NCBI RefSeq assembly: GCF_009834535.1
Contig: NC_045697.1
Location: 17,114,001-17,178,000, forward strand
From: Camelus ferus
Taxonomy: Eukaryota
Direction: 5' to 3'
DNA length: 64,000 bases
Part shown: piece after piece, positions 33,641-45,170 of the stretch
How positions within the stretch are numbered: the stretch's first letter is position 1
How the letters are laid out: each line of letters opens with the position of its first letter
Made by a program: the position numbers and the translations under genes
Notes under the pieces: generated by a model
Database searches by the model: none
Seen by the model: the letters and a program-made list of their open reading frames with translations, nothing else
Told to the model about the DNA's origin: nothing

Positions 33641-35392
33641 CATTAGTTCCCTCCTTAGCCCTGTGACATCAATTTAAGATGGACGTGTTAAAGGGGAAAG
33701 ATCACAAGGGCAGCCTGAAGCCATGCCCAGACTGGAGAAAGGTGCTTCCTGGTGTCTCGGTCAGCAGGGCAGGGCTTTCCCAGAGAGCTACTGACTTAGG
33801 GATGGCCCTGCGCAGCTTTTCCAGCCCTTTACAAAGAAGGAGTGAGCCCTCCCAGTCTGTCCCTGCCTTGAAGCGGGATGTGTCAGAATATTCTTCAGAA
33901 AGGAAAGAAGAAAGAAACAAATCATCCAAGGAGGTAAAGAGGGCATAACTGGTGTAGCATGCAGCCCTTTCTATTATCAGGAATGTCGCATTTGTAAGGT
34001 CAATTTTAGGCAAAGGAGAGTCTGATGCCTAAATAGGGTGATTTAGATGCTGAAGAAGGACGCAGCTTCCCAAAGAAATGTTTACCCATTGATGCCCTGC
34101 TATTCATGATTTACACTTTCACATTTAGTCTGTATTTATTCGGTCCTCTTTCAAAATGCAAATATGCCTGTGAGGGGTAAGAAATTAAATTCTTGCCCCC
34201 AGTGATGCCTGTGTTCCTCAGATTCCCTTTCCACGTGATGAAATACACAAGCACATGGATGTCCTCAGGGAGGAATAAAAAATAAAAGGGTGACAGGGGG
34301 CTCTGAAACAGAAGCAGGGGGAAGGAGAACAAAAACCAGCGTCAAGATTCTACCAAACAGAAGTGACTTAATTTGACTTTCCATAAAACAGAAGGATCTA
34401 CTGTGCTTACTATGTTGAGTGCTTTCAAGTACAATTACAGCATTGAGCCTCAGAGAGGTTCAGTGACTTGGCCAAGATCACACAGCTAACAAGGGGCAAT
34501 TGAGATGTGAAAACATTTATCTCCAAACCCCATGATCCCGCCCCATCCCCTCTGCCTCTCTATATTCAACTACCTGCTCTTGCAACTCAGAGATGGCTGT
34601 GAGTCCCTATTTCTAAACCAGAATCTGTGCTCAACCATTCCTTTGCAAGGCGTCGGGCTTATAAACACTCCCCGCCTCATATGTATTCCTCATCTCCCCC
34701 ACCACTTCCAAGGCAGTCATGAGGATAACATATGTGATTTTGTTTCTCTTCATAATTTCTCCTCCAGAGGGCTCTGGTCACAGTCAGAAGCAGCAGGGGT
34801 TACACTGAAGCTTAAGGAAAAGCAAAATTATTAAACCACAGTCCATCCCTCTTCAACAACTCTGCCCAAACTTGCAGAGGAAACGACGATTCCTATTACA
34901 GCAGCAGTCCCCTGAGACACAACCAGCAGCCAAGAGAAAAACACCTGAGCCAACCCCTGCTTTTTCCCCCTCCTTACCAATTCCCTGCATGCAAGCCTAT
35001 CTCAGTGGGAAAATATCTGCTCCAGAAGGGGAAGAGGTGAATGGGACATGAAACTGACTAAGCGGTCAGTGCCCAGAGACCTAAATAGAGTCCTGCCTCC
35101 ATGGGGAAGTTACCCAAAACCTCAGGCTTCTACTCACAGAAGGAAAGATAGAGAATTGCTCATTCTTCAGCCCTGCTCTTCTCTTTTTGCTGATAGAGAC
35201 CACTTCCCATCATAAAGGCTGAAAATGCTAATCTCTCCTTTCCTAGCCTGCCCTACAGCTAGGACATCAGTGTATCTTAATTGTGTCCACGGAGAAGTGA
35301 GGGGAAAGTTGTTTAAGTGGCTCCTGAGAAAAGTTTTCATCTTTTCCAATAGAAAGAGGTGCGCAAGAAGAAACTCTCCTTCTTGCTTTTGG

Positions 35393-35519
35393 TGGTTTCC
35401 TTTGGGGGTGATAATTAGGTTTATTTATTTTAATTTTTTTTAATGGAGGCACTGGGAATTGAACCCAGGACCTTGTACATGCTAAGCAAGTGTTTTTCCA
35501 CTGAGCTATACCCTCCCCC
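35393..35519 (-). mobile_element. tRNA-Ala-derived SINE (camelid vic-1 type) with 17-bp TSD
   Basis: Reverse complement ggggagggtatagctcagtggaaaaacacttgcttagcatgtacaaggtcctgggttcaattcccagtgcctcc...aataaacctaattat; TSD ctccttcttgcttttgg (35376-35392) / ctccttcttgtttttgg (35520-35536). Confidence 0.92.
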
Positions 35520-35704
35520 CTCCTTCTTGTTTTTGGAATTGAGTGATGCCCCAAGCATCCATCTTAGGATCATAAAGGGAGAGCCTGAGGAGCTAGCCAA
35601 TGCAGAGAGGACGGCTGAGCGGAGGCACAGAGAGAACCAGGGCCTGGATGACATGATTGAATCTCTGATCCAATTCTGGAACCACCTTGCCTCCAGACTT
35701 CTTG

Positions 35705-36444
35705 TGTACTGGTTATCTATTGCTGTGTAACAAGCAGCCCTAAAGTTTAGCAATTTAAAATAACAAACATTATTTTGTAACTCCAGGGGTTCGTGAATCT
35801 GAGAGTGGCAGAGGTGAGTGACTCTGGCTTGGGGTCTTCCACAAGGCTACAATCAAGGTGCTGGTCAGCGCTGCAGTCCTCTCAAGGCTCAAGTGGGGGA
35901 GGATCTGCTTCCAAACTCACCTATACGGCAGTTGCCAGCCTCAGAAGATCCTCTTCCAAGCTCATTCACATGGGTCACACCACAGGGTTGCCTCACAACA
36001 TGGCAGCTGGCTTCTCCCAGAGAAGCAACAAAAGAGAAAGTGAGGGAGAGTACCCCATATGGAAGCCACAGTCTTTCGTTATCACCTAGTATTAAAAGTG
36101 GCGTCCTATTACTCCCTGCTATACTCCATTCTTTTATTGCAGATGTTTTCAACCTTGGCACCACCAACATTTTGAGTTGGGTAATTCTTTGCTGGGAGGG
36201 CTGTCCTGTGCTCTGCAGGATGTTTAGCAATATCCCTGGCCTCTACTAGTGCCAGTATTACCATCACCACCCCCAGTTAAAACAAAAAAAGTCACCAGAC
36301 ATTGTCCAATGTCCCACGGGAAACAGTCACCCCCAGATGAAAACCACTGATTTATAATGAGCCACAAAATCAAAAGGAGAGGATTACACAAAGGCATGAA
36401 GGACCAGCAGCAGGGATCACGCAATTTGGAGCGTGCATACCACA
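35705..36444 (-). mobile_element. MLT1F-like MaLR LTR, nested
   Basis: tgtactggttatctattgctgtgtaacaa...ggatctgcttccaa...taccaca; 5-bp TSD tcttg / tcttc. Confidence 0.85.
36140..36349 (+). mobile_element. MER20 (hAT-Charlie) nested in the MLT1F-like LTR
   Basis: ttttcaaccttggcaccaccaacattttgagttgggtaattctttgctgggagggctgtcctgtgc...ccccagatgaaaaccactg. Confidence 0.92.
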
Positions 36445-37859
36445 TCTTCCTTTACACAATAATCACCTTCTTGAATGTTTAAGCCACTTAATGTTGATTC
36501 TTTGGTTATTTGAAGCCAAGAGCTCCCTAACTGATACAAAGGGACTAGCCACTTATTTTCTCTATTAATATACTGTGACTTTTCCCATTTTTCAGGAGTT
36601 CCAAGTAAAAAAAATCAGCAAAGTAACATGCTTACCAATGAAATGACTCAACACTAGTGTCCTAGGAAAGAATCAATATCTCTCATTTTAGACCAATCAA
36701 ATGCTCAACACCACCATACACACAATTCTAAAGGAAAGCCATCAGCTGCCTCCATCTTGTGTATTTTCACTGCATGAAGAAGACCTGAAAGTCAGAATAA
36801 CAAGGACAATTTTTTAAAATGCTACCACTTCGAGAAAGGAATGACCATATCATACCAGTTGGGATTTTTTTAAGCATTTAGTAAATGACATACGGTCAGG
36901 AAAAGACTGCTCCTGATCTGTCTGGGTTTAGAGTTGAAATGGAGAAGAATGAGCCACCATTCAGAAGACATAGGCATTGAAAAGGATAATGATGACCAGC
37001 TGATCCTGCAGCATCTTCTTTCATATTTGTGTCTGTTCACCACCACTCTCATTTTTTAGGGTGCCTTCCAAGTTAAATACTCTTTAGGGACCAAGCAACT
37101 CTTGGGTTCTTCCTCCCCTCATTCCAGTTCTCTGGCTACCCTTACTGTTATACCCTCAAACCTGAACTACATGAGTCTATTCAATTTACCAAGAACCCTG
37201 GTTTTCATCCTAGAGAGCCTTCAGGAGCTGTCTACTCTTCATGGTCTCCCAGGGGCAAAGAGCTCCTTTCTACCTTATGATGACCCTGGCTGGGCTCTCA
37301 ACCACCAGGCTGAACAAATGGTCCTAAGGAAAGACCACACGGTGATTTTTATTAAAAACTAAGGGTCTTTTTATTGGCCTAACCCGTCCCTTTCCAGAGC
37401 TCCCTCAGGAGATTACAAAGTCTGTAACAGACATCCGAAACCAATTATCAACTAAGGGGCAGTAGTCCCAGGAATAACTATGGAGTTCAAGATGAAAGGC
37501 TCAAAACGAAACCTATTTCCAACACAAATATCTCTTAGAATGGTAGAAATAAACCTTGGGGGGAAATAACATTATTGTAAAATGTGTTTTTATGACACTG
37601 TAATGATTAATGGCATTTCACACTAATAAAGTTGACAGGAAGAGGATGTGAAAGACTAACAAAAAATGCAAATACAAATTTCCTTTTAATATCACCAGTG
37701 TTTTTCTACAAGAACAAGACATGCACTAACAGGATAAGAGGAACAGCTATTTTAAAAATCCAAAATAAATAAACAGCGGTACACATCAACGGTATAGCAA
37801 ACTGAATAGTAAATCCCATTTGATGAATTTCCCAGAGAGGTTCTGAAAATATGGAAAAT

Positions 37860-39850
37860 ATTCCTTCCTCTTTTCAGTCACCAGTCCTTTCTGCTGACCA
37901 AGACTTGTACCTAACAGCATGGAATCTCACTCTTTGAAGAAAAAGGGGTCTGAATCCAGACTTCCACCCATCCATTACCTCGCTCCTTTTCCGCAAATCC
38001 ATGCCTTACATCGCCTTTCTCATCCTCACCTGCGCTCTTCAAGAGCTCAGCCCTCCCACCCAAGACTGGCCCCTCCACCATTGCCCCCATCACCTCCGGC
38101 CACCTAGGGCCCTTTCTTTTCTTGACCTTGCCTGTATCTTATCCTCCCCTCTGCACCTTGTGTACCTTCTCCATGTAGAACATAACCTCATGTGACTGGA
38201 TTTGTTAACTGCTACTTTATTTTGCTTCTTTCTCTAACTCCTGGGTGGGTGATTTTCTCACCAGACATTCTTCAATCTGGGGACGAATCTGATATGCGTC
38301 ATCTACTTGAACTTACTACTTGGGGAGACTGACCACTGGGAATTCACCAATAGTATCTTTCCAGCCAAATCCCTGAGGTCTCTTCTCATTTCTTATTCTG
38401 CTTGACTTCCCAAGCCACTTGACATTGATCACTGCTACCAGCAGCTTCTGAGTTCTCTCCCACCTCTCTGACGCCTTCTTTACCTGCTTCCTTACTTCTT
38501 CTTTCTCCCTCCCAGCTTCTTTGGGCAGCAGCCTGCAAAGCTCAGTCTTCAGTCTTCTGTTTCTCCCACTGAATCAGCCTCCCTAAGCCTCCACTTCCTT
38601 TTCTATTAAATGGAGATTATAGTAGTGTCTACCTCACTGAGTTGACTGAGAAAAAAATAACATAATTAATCCAAGTAGAGTGCTGAGCATGGAGCCACCC
38701 CAAAGTCAGTGTGATTTCTGATCAGGATTTCCTTGAGTGCGCATCCTGTTCTCACACTGGAACATAAGCTCTAGGAGGGCAGGGACTTCGTTTTGCTCAC
38801 TCCTGTATCGCTAGCTCATAGAAGCATGCCTGCACAAAGTAGGCACTTAATAACTATAACTAAGGGAGTGAAAGAACATTTCAAGTAATAACTCACTGCT
38901 GGTGATTCCCAAATACAGCCCCTTATTTCTGACTCTGTTGATTCTAATTTTGAAACCCATTTAATAAGACATTAGAGTCACAAGCTGCCTAAAATTTAAT
39001 TCAATGTCTCTTTTCCTTCTGATTCCTCTTTGCTTTACTGGCATGTTCAATAGCGTAATGGAGCAGGACCCTAAGGGTCCCAGGACAGATCTTCCCCCAT
39101 ATCCTCTGCTATAGCTCCTCTCTGAAGTACCCAGATAATAGTATCTCATGCATCTTTCCTGAGATGCTAAAAACCACCATCAAACGGAAGAAATTAAGTG
39201 TTTAATGATCATGAGCATGTAGCCTAAGGACTGAGCACCATCAACCAATCAAAGAATTGTGCACAGCTGATCACATACCTGGGACACTCCCCGACACCTC
39301 AGCTGACCTTTAAAAATGCTCAGCAGAAACCCTTTGGGGAGTAGGGGTTGGGGGTGGGGTTTGGGCACAAGCCAACTGTTCTCCTGGCTCAGCCCAGCAA
39401 TAAATCTTTCTCTGCTCAAAAAAAGGTCCTCGTTTTTATTAATTTGAAACAACCATTTCCACCATATCCTCCAGACAAAATTTTGGCTTACATGTTTCTC
39501 TCTCCTCCCCTCCACTGCACCCCCACCATCTCATATATCCCACTCATCCTTCTCTGCTGTCACTGCAATCTAGGTCTTTATTGCCCCCCTTTCTGTCTCT
39601 CAGATCATCACTGTGGCCTCCTACATGGTTATCCTATCTCCAGTTCCCCTCAAGTCCTCCATCCAATTGCCAGATGAATCTCCCAGAAATGGGTACCCAG
39701 AGTTACTCTTTTGTTTAATAAGTTTGTCTCCTTTGCTCTTGCTAACAAGTCCAAATCCCTGAGTCTGATAAGACTGCCTATTTGAAATTCTCTCTCTCTC
39801 TCTCTCTCTCAGTATCTCTTAACAACATAGTGAATTAACTACTCCCCACC
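37860..39850 (+). mobile_element. Fragmented L2 body and 3' end pieces (interrupted by MIR and LTR)
   Basis: Pyrimidine-rich L2-like segments, e.g. cttgacttcccaagccacttgacattgatcact and cactggaacataagctctaggagggcagggacttcg...gtaggcacttaataa. Confidence 0.6.
39054..39424 (+). mobile_element. ERV1-class (MER41-like) LTR lacking U5, ending in A7
   Basis: gtaatggagcaggaccct...caccatcaaccaatcaaagaattgtgcacagctgatcac...cctttaaaaatgct...AATAAA (39399-39404) tctttctctgctc AAAAAAA. Confidence 0.82.
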
Positions 39851-39969
39851 ACTTCCCCATCTTAGTTTTGTAGTGGACAAGAAGTCATGGACAGCCCTTC
39901 TATGTCAATGTGTTTTTGATGGAAATGTTAAAGAGTTCTCCTTGAAGTTGGACTAGGATGGCTTTGCAC

Positions 39970-40210
39970 GGTGAGTAATAACCGTGGCTGCCATTCACGG
40001 GGTTCCTGCTCTCTCCCAGACATGGTGCTGAGCCCCGGACACAGCCTGCAGTACTGCACTTCATCCTCACAAACCCCAGGAGGTGGGGAGTGTCATCCCT
40101 CAGTAGGAGGATCCTTAGGCTCAGAGACCTAAACAACTTGTCCCCAAACACACAGTAGAGCGGGCTTCTATCCCGAGTCCAGCTGATCCCAAGGCCTGGG
40201 CAGTTGAACA
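39970..40210 (-). mobile_element. MIR SINE
   Basis: catcctcacaaaccccaggaggtgg...aggctcagagacctaaacaacttgtccccaaacacacag. Confidence 0.75.
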
Positions 40211-42839
40211 TCCTGAATGTTTAAGCTGAACTCAGGGGCCAGGGTGCCTAGGGTGGAGACCAGTGAACATGAAAAATTAATTAATTAATTAATTAAAAGA
40301 GAAAAGGAGCAGGAAGCAAGCAGTAAGTCAGAGAGAAACATCTGGCATGAAATCAGTGAAGAGTGGAGGAGCTGGAGAGAGAATTCATTGGAGAATGTGA
40401 GAAATGAAGACATAAGTGAATTTGAGGAGCAAATGGCTAGAGCAGCTGGAAGAAACTAACCAGGACTCCTGCAGACGCAGAACACAAAGGGTGATCACTT
40501 GAGCTGTTGGGCAGCAGCCCCCAGCACAGAAGACACTGAGAGGACCTGGCTTCCTCAGAGAAGAAAAAAGCAGGTGAGGAAGAAGAAAGAAAAGGCAGGG
40601 AGACAGACCAAAAGGACTGAGATGGACAGACAGAAAGGCCAGATGCAGGGCTGAATGACTAGACAGATATATGAGCACATAGGCTTCTCTAAGACTTACC
40701 TCCTACGCAGGGAGGGTCCCAAGGATTTGGCCTCTATTCGCACCTCTGCATAGAGATGAACCCTGGGAGAACACATTCTGCCTCTCCAAGTGCAAAAGAG
40801 CCACTCAAAAAATACTCCCTGCCCTGAAAGAGGGAACTGCTATGAGTTGCTCTGAATGCCCTGATTATGTCTGTTCAGGTCACTTTTGAGAAAGGAGGGG
40901 CTAAGAAGAGATTAGAGGTCAGGACTGCTGTCCACTCTTCTAAGGAAAATGTCAATTACAAATAAGCAGGTGGCCGAGACCGGATGTTCCGTCTCCTAGA
41001 CATGCCCTTTCACAGAGAAGCTTTAGAAATGTCACCCAGTCATGCCTGCCTTGCTCCCTGAAACAGGCGTCCCCCACCCCCACCCCACGCCAGCGCTCCT
41101 CCTGCATCCTTGCTACCACTCCAGAGCCCAACCTTTCTTCAAGGGCTAACTCAGGGGTTATAGCTTTCCTCCGTGCTTTCTCGAATGATCTTCTTCCTCA
41201 AGTACCCTCCCCTTGCTCAGAACTCAGGTGTTACAAGTCACCCTAAATATTTTTCTGATTGTCACAGGTACAAATGCCTTCTCTTTTGAATTTAAACCCA
41301 GATCTTTGAGTATAGAAATTACATTTTCTCTTATTTCTTCCCTATGGCATTTTCTTAGAGAAGGCCTGGGCCAAAGCTGAGGCTACTTTTATGGTATGAA
41401 TGAGGAGACAGAGGAATACATAAATGCATGAAATTTTGAGAACAGAACTTGCCAGGCAGGAAACCTATGTAAGTGCCAGTTATTATGATTATTATTACAG
41501 CTATAGAGCCTTGCCTGGTACATAGTTGATGCTCAGAAAATATGACTTGAACGATGTTCTGTTGTCCATTAATACACAGGTAACATCCCTAAAATGCATA
41601 CTATAGCTTCTTTGTGGAAGGCTTTAATTTTTATGAGCTTTCATTGCTAAAGTCTCTCTTTGGGAATAAATATTGCATATCTACTGCTACAAATTTTATC
41701 TTCTAAAATAAATAGGAAGCAAGTCAGAAGTCTAGCTAGATCACAAATTAAAGAATAAGTGACAATGAGCATAAACCAGCTAGGTTGCCACCAAGAGAAG
41801 CTACTGAGGTCCAAACCTCCCCCACCACCACCACCCCGAGACAAGCTTTCCGTAGACAGAGAATCATTGGCCTTTGAGGATTTCTAACAAGAGTCAGCAT
41901 TCCTATGGGTCTCTTCATCCATGGACACCAAATCACTGTGCAGTCAATTTTAATCTCTCCCTTTGAAAGATAAGAAACCAGGCAAAGGATTTCCTTTTAT
42001 TTTGTTTTTCTCCATGATCCCACAAAGATGCAATGACAAGGTATTAGATGCTCCCAGTTCTTTGGCATCAGCCATGTTTGTAACTCTGGGATGACGACCA
42101 CCGGGCTTTTTGAGGGTGGCAGTTCTAGCCACAAAGCCTACGCAGAAACACAGCACAACCCCAGGCCCCTTGTCCTCCCTGGGCCCCACCTGCACCAGCA
42201 AGTGCCTGGGAAGGCTTCTGAGGAGGCAGTTTCATGGGCGACTGGCCATGCCGCGGTCAATCAGAGGCATCAATCACTGCTTTCAACCCAGCTGCCTCTC
42301 CAATTAATGCAAAGCTGTTTAGTTAGTGCCTTGAGAGTTGGGACTAAGAAGCAGCCTCAAAAAAAATTCTTTAAGGACCAAAGCAAAACCGCTTTCCTCA
42401 TCACAAGATGCTTTTGTGTGTTTGTTTTCATTTTTTAAGTTTACCCAAAGAGGAAGAGGATCTTAATAATCTCCTTCCCTCCATCACAACTTTTAGAGAC
42501 ATTTATTGGAAGCCAAACCTCTCTTGGCATTTGCCAATTGCTAAATAGAAGTTGTTTTTCCTGCCAAATATACCCTCTCTTTTTCAGTGTTTATAAATAG
42601 ATTATATATAAATAGGATGAGTTAATGTTGTTCATCTGATGAAACGGATTAAAATAGATGAACACAAAATTAAGGTAAAATAGGGTTCTATTGGAGTTTG
42701 TGGGAAAAGCATCAGAGAGAGCCTTGTGCTAGAATCCAGGGCACCAGACAGTGCAGAGAGAAACCTAACCTCATCCTGAAAGGACTGGTCTTGACTTGAC
42801 CAGCAAGATTCATAGACATAGTTGAGACAGGACCCCACA

Positions 42840-43025
42840 TAGGGCTATCAGATTTAGAAAATAAAAATACAGAATGTCCAGTTGAAAGCAAGTGTCAAAT
42901 TAATAACAAATAATTTTTAGTATGTTATGTCCCAAATATTGCATGGGACATATTTATACTAAAAAATTATTCATTGTTTATCTGAAAGTTAAATTAATTG
43001 TCCTGTATTTTATCTGTCACCCCTA
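42840..43025. mobile_element. MER53 palindromic DNA element, full length
   Basis: tagggctatcagatttagaaaataaaaatacag...tatgtcccaaatattgcatgggacata...cctgtattttatctgtcaccccta; cccaca on both flanks. Confidence 0.92.
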
Positions 43026-43744
43026 GCCCACAAAGAATGTAAGTGGATCCTGAGAAGACAAGGAGTTAAGTCCCGCTGGCAAACACTCAAAGGCCAGACG
43101 CTTCGTCTAAATCAATTAGGTTGGCAAAAAATGTGCTTGAATTATTCACAAATTCAGGACCTAGCAGCCTTCAAGAAACGTGGTCGGTGGCGTCACCATT
43201 GTGAACTTTACCACTTCAGCAGTCCTAGCTGTGTGGACCTGTGATACATGCTTTAGAGTGGTAACCCACTCATATTTCAAACAGAAAATACTGTTATCAC
43301 CAAAAGCACCTCGATGTTTGTGCGAGGCCTCTGTGCTAGGCTTTTATAACTCTAACTCATTGAATCCTCACATCTCTGTGAAGCTTGTATTATTTATCAC
43401 TTGGCAAGTTGCAGAAACCTGCCCAGGGTCAGAAAGCCGGTAAACAGAGGTGTCAGGATGGACATCACGATCTGTCCTACCCCCAAGCATATGTCATCCT
43501 ACCTCACCATTCAAATCAATGCATTATTTTTTTTTCAATTGTAAATGTACAATGTGTGGAGGACTGTCTTAGATACTATGGATTGATTCTGGTTGATAGC
43601 AGGGGAACAAGACAAAAGACAAGGGACTTGAATATTAAGAAGACAAGACAAATGCATAGAAGTACCATAAATAAAACACAGTAAAGAAGTGTCAAAGTGA
43701 CTCTCACTTGGAACTAGAAAGAGTTCTGGGCATCAAATCAATAT

Positions 43745-43950
43745 TACTAACAGTGAGCATCATTTAATAAACATCTGCTAAATCCCAGGCACACGGTTGG
43801 CATTACAACCTTACTAGTACAAATGGGGAAGTGAGGCAGAGGCTAGATAGCTTTCCCAGAGATGCCAAGTAGTAGAGCTAGAAGAATTAAACCCACATCC
43901 CTATGATCCCTCTCCCAAAAAGCCCAAACTCTGAACCACTAGGCTGTGAT
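43745..43950 (-). mobile_element. MIR SINE
   Basis: tacaaatggggaagtgaggcagag...caaactctgaaccactaggctg. Confidence 0.65.
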
Positions 43951-44466
43951 GCTTTGATACAATTCTTCTCAGAAGTGTACTTTTAAAAGCCTCTCCTTTC
44001 TGCCCATGACTTCTTACAGCCTTCAGCTCACTTCAAAACACAAACATACAATTTACTTTCACGGGCCATCATGGGGATGTAAATGCTCCATAAAAGCCAA
44101 TGAATAGATGTCGATCATCCATATGTAATCTTTGTACCTAGAAGAAAAGGGCCACTGCAAAAAGAGATTTGTTGCCATAAGGTCAGGAAAAGCCAACCTC
44201 AAGAGTTTGTTTCCATCCCAGAAGTCAGAAAATAACACCTGGATCTCATCATGAGCTTTGAGGGAAGTAAAGGAAGTGAGAACCCCTCATATTTTGATTC
44301 ATTTCAATCACCATCGAATGAGTATACCATTTCCACATGGGGAAAAAAGTGGCAAAAACAGCCTAGTTTGCCTGTGTCCAAGGCCTCTACTGCTCTGTGC
44401 CAAGAGACATGGAGACAAAGAGAAACGTGTCAGTGAGATGTAACCACTCTCCTCTCAGCTATGCTC

Positions 44467-44720
44467 TGTCTGGGTCAATCAGAGTTCTTTGGTTGCAAGC
44501 AACAGAAACCACCTTTGGCCAATGTAAGCCCAAATAATTTTCACAAAGAAGAGAATAAGAGTTCCTACAATGACTCTTGGGACCAACTGAAAGATTGTGA
44601 GTCAGGGTTCAGAAGAAAACAGAGGATCTAGATAGCAGAAATTAATAGATTCTCATACCAACCACCACCATGGAGACATTATTTTAGCTGCAGTTACAGT
44701 CAATATTCCAATTCCTGAGA
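44467..44720 (-). mobile_element. Old MLT1 (MaLR) LTR fragment
   Basis: tcagagttctttggttgcaagcaacagaaacc...tggccaatgtaagc. Confidence 0.7.
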
Positions 44721-44777
44721 GAGAGAAAAAGTAAAATTCACATGCTCTTATCAGGAAGAAAAGGGGATTGTACTCCA

Positions 44778-44826
44778 ATTAAATAAATAAATAAATAAAT
44801 AATAAATAAATAATAATAAATAATAA
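44778..44826. repeat. (AAAT)n microsatellite
   Basis: Seen directly. Confidence 0.95.
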
Positions 44827-44914
44827 TTTTTCACTTAAAAACTTTTTTAAAGGGGGTGAGTCAGGGAAAAGATATGCTTTGGGAAGCAAAAACATTAAAT
44901 GGTTACAAAAATAT

Positions 44915-45170
44915 TATAGAGTGGTTTCAAGCTCAGACACTGAAATCAGACTTCCAAAGTAAGCATCCTGGCTCTGAGGCTTACTGTGCAGCCTTGAATA
45001 AGTTGTTTAACCACTTGGGGTTTCTGTTTCCTTGACTACAAAGTGGAAATGATGCTAGTACGCATATCATTTAGTTGTGAGGTTTCAAGGAGTTAATCCA
45101 GGTAAACTATTTAGAACACTGTTTACTATGTTACAGGTAATCAACACATGCTAGTCACCATTCTTATCAC
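44915..45170 (+). mobile_element. MIR SINE
   Basis: tagagtggtttcaagctcagacactgaaatcagac...ttgtgaggtttcaaggagttaatccaggtaaactatttagaaca. Confidence 0.8.

Larger units (their letters stand above)
35540..36538 (+). mobile_element. Old MLT1 (J/K/L-type, ERVL-MaLR) LTR interrupted by later insertions
   Basis: 5' part ...gaaccagggcctggatgacatgattgaatctctgatcca...cctccagacttcttg; resumes at 36445 with tgtttaagccact...ccctaactgataca. Confidence 0.75.

Noticed and set aside
35430..36445. Dense cluster of overlapping ORFs up to 143 aa
   Set aside because: Lies entirely within SINE, MLT1 and MER20 sequence.
40275..40298. Palindromic (TTAA)n tract as a cruciform or homeodomain array
   Set aside because: Short simple repeat that is self-complementary by construction; no supporting context.
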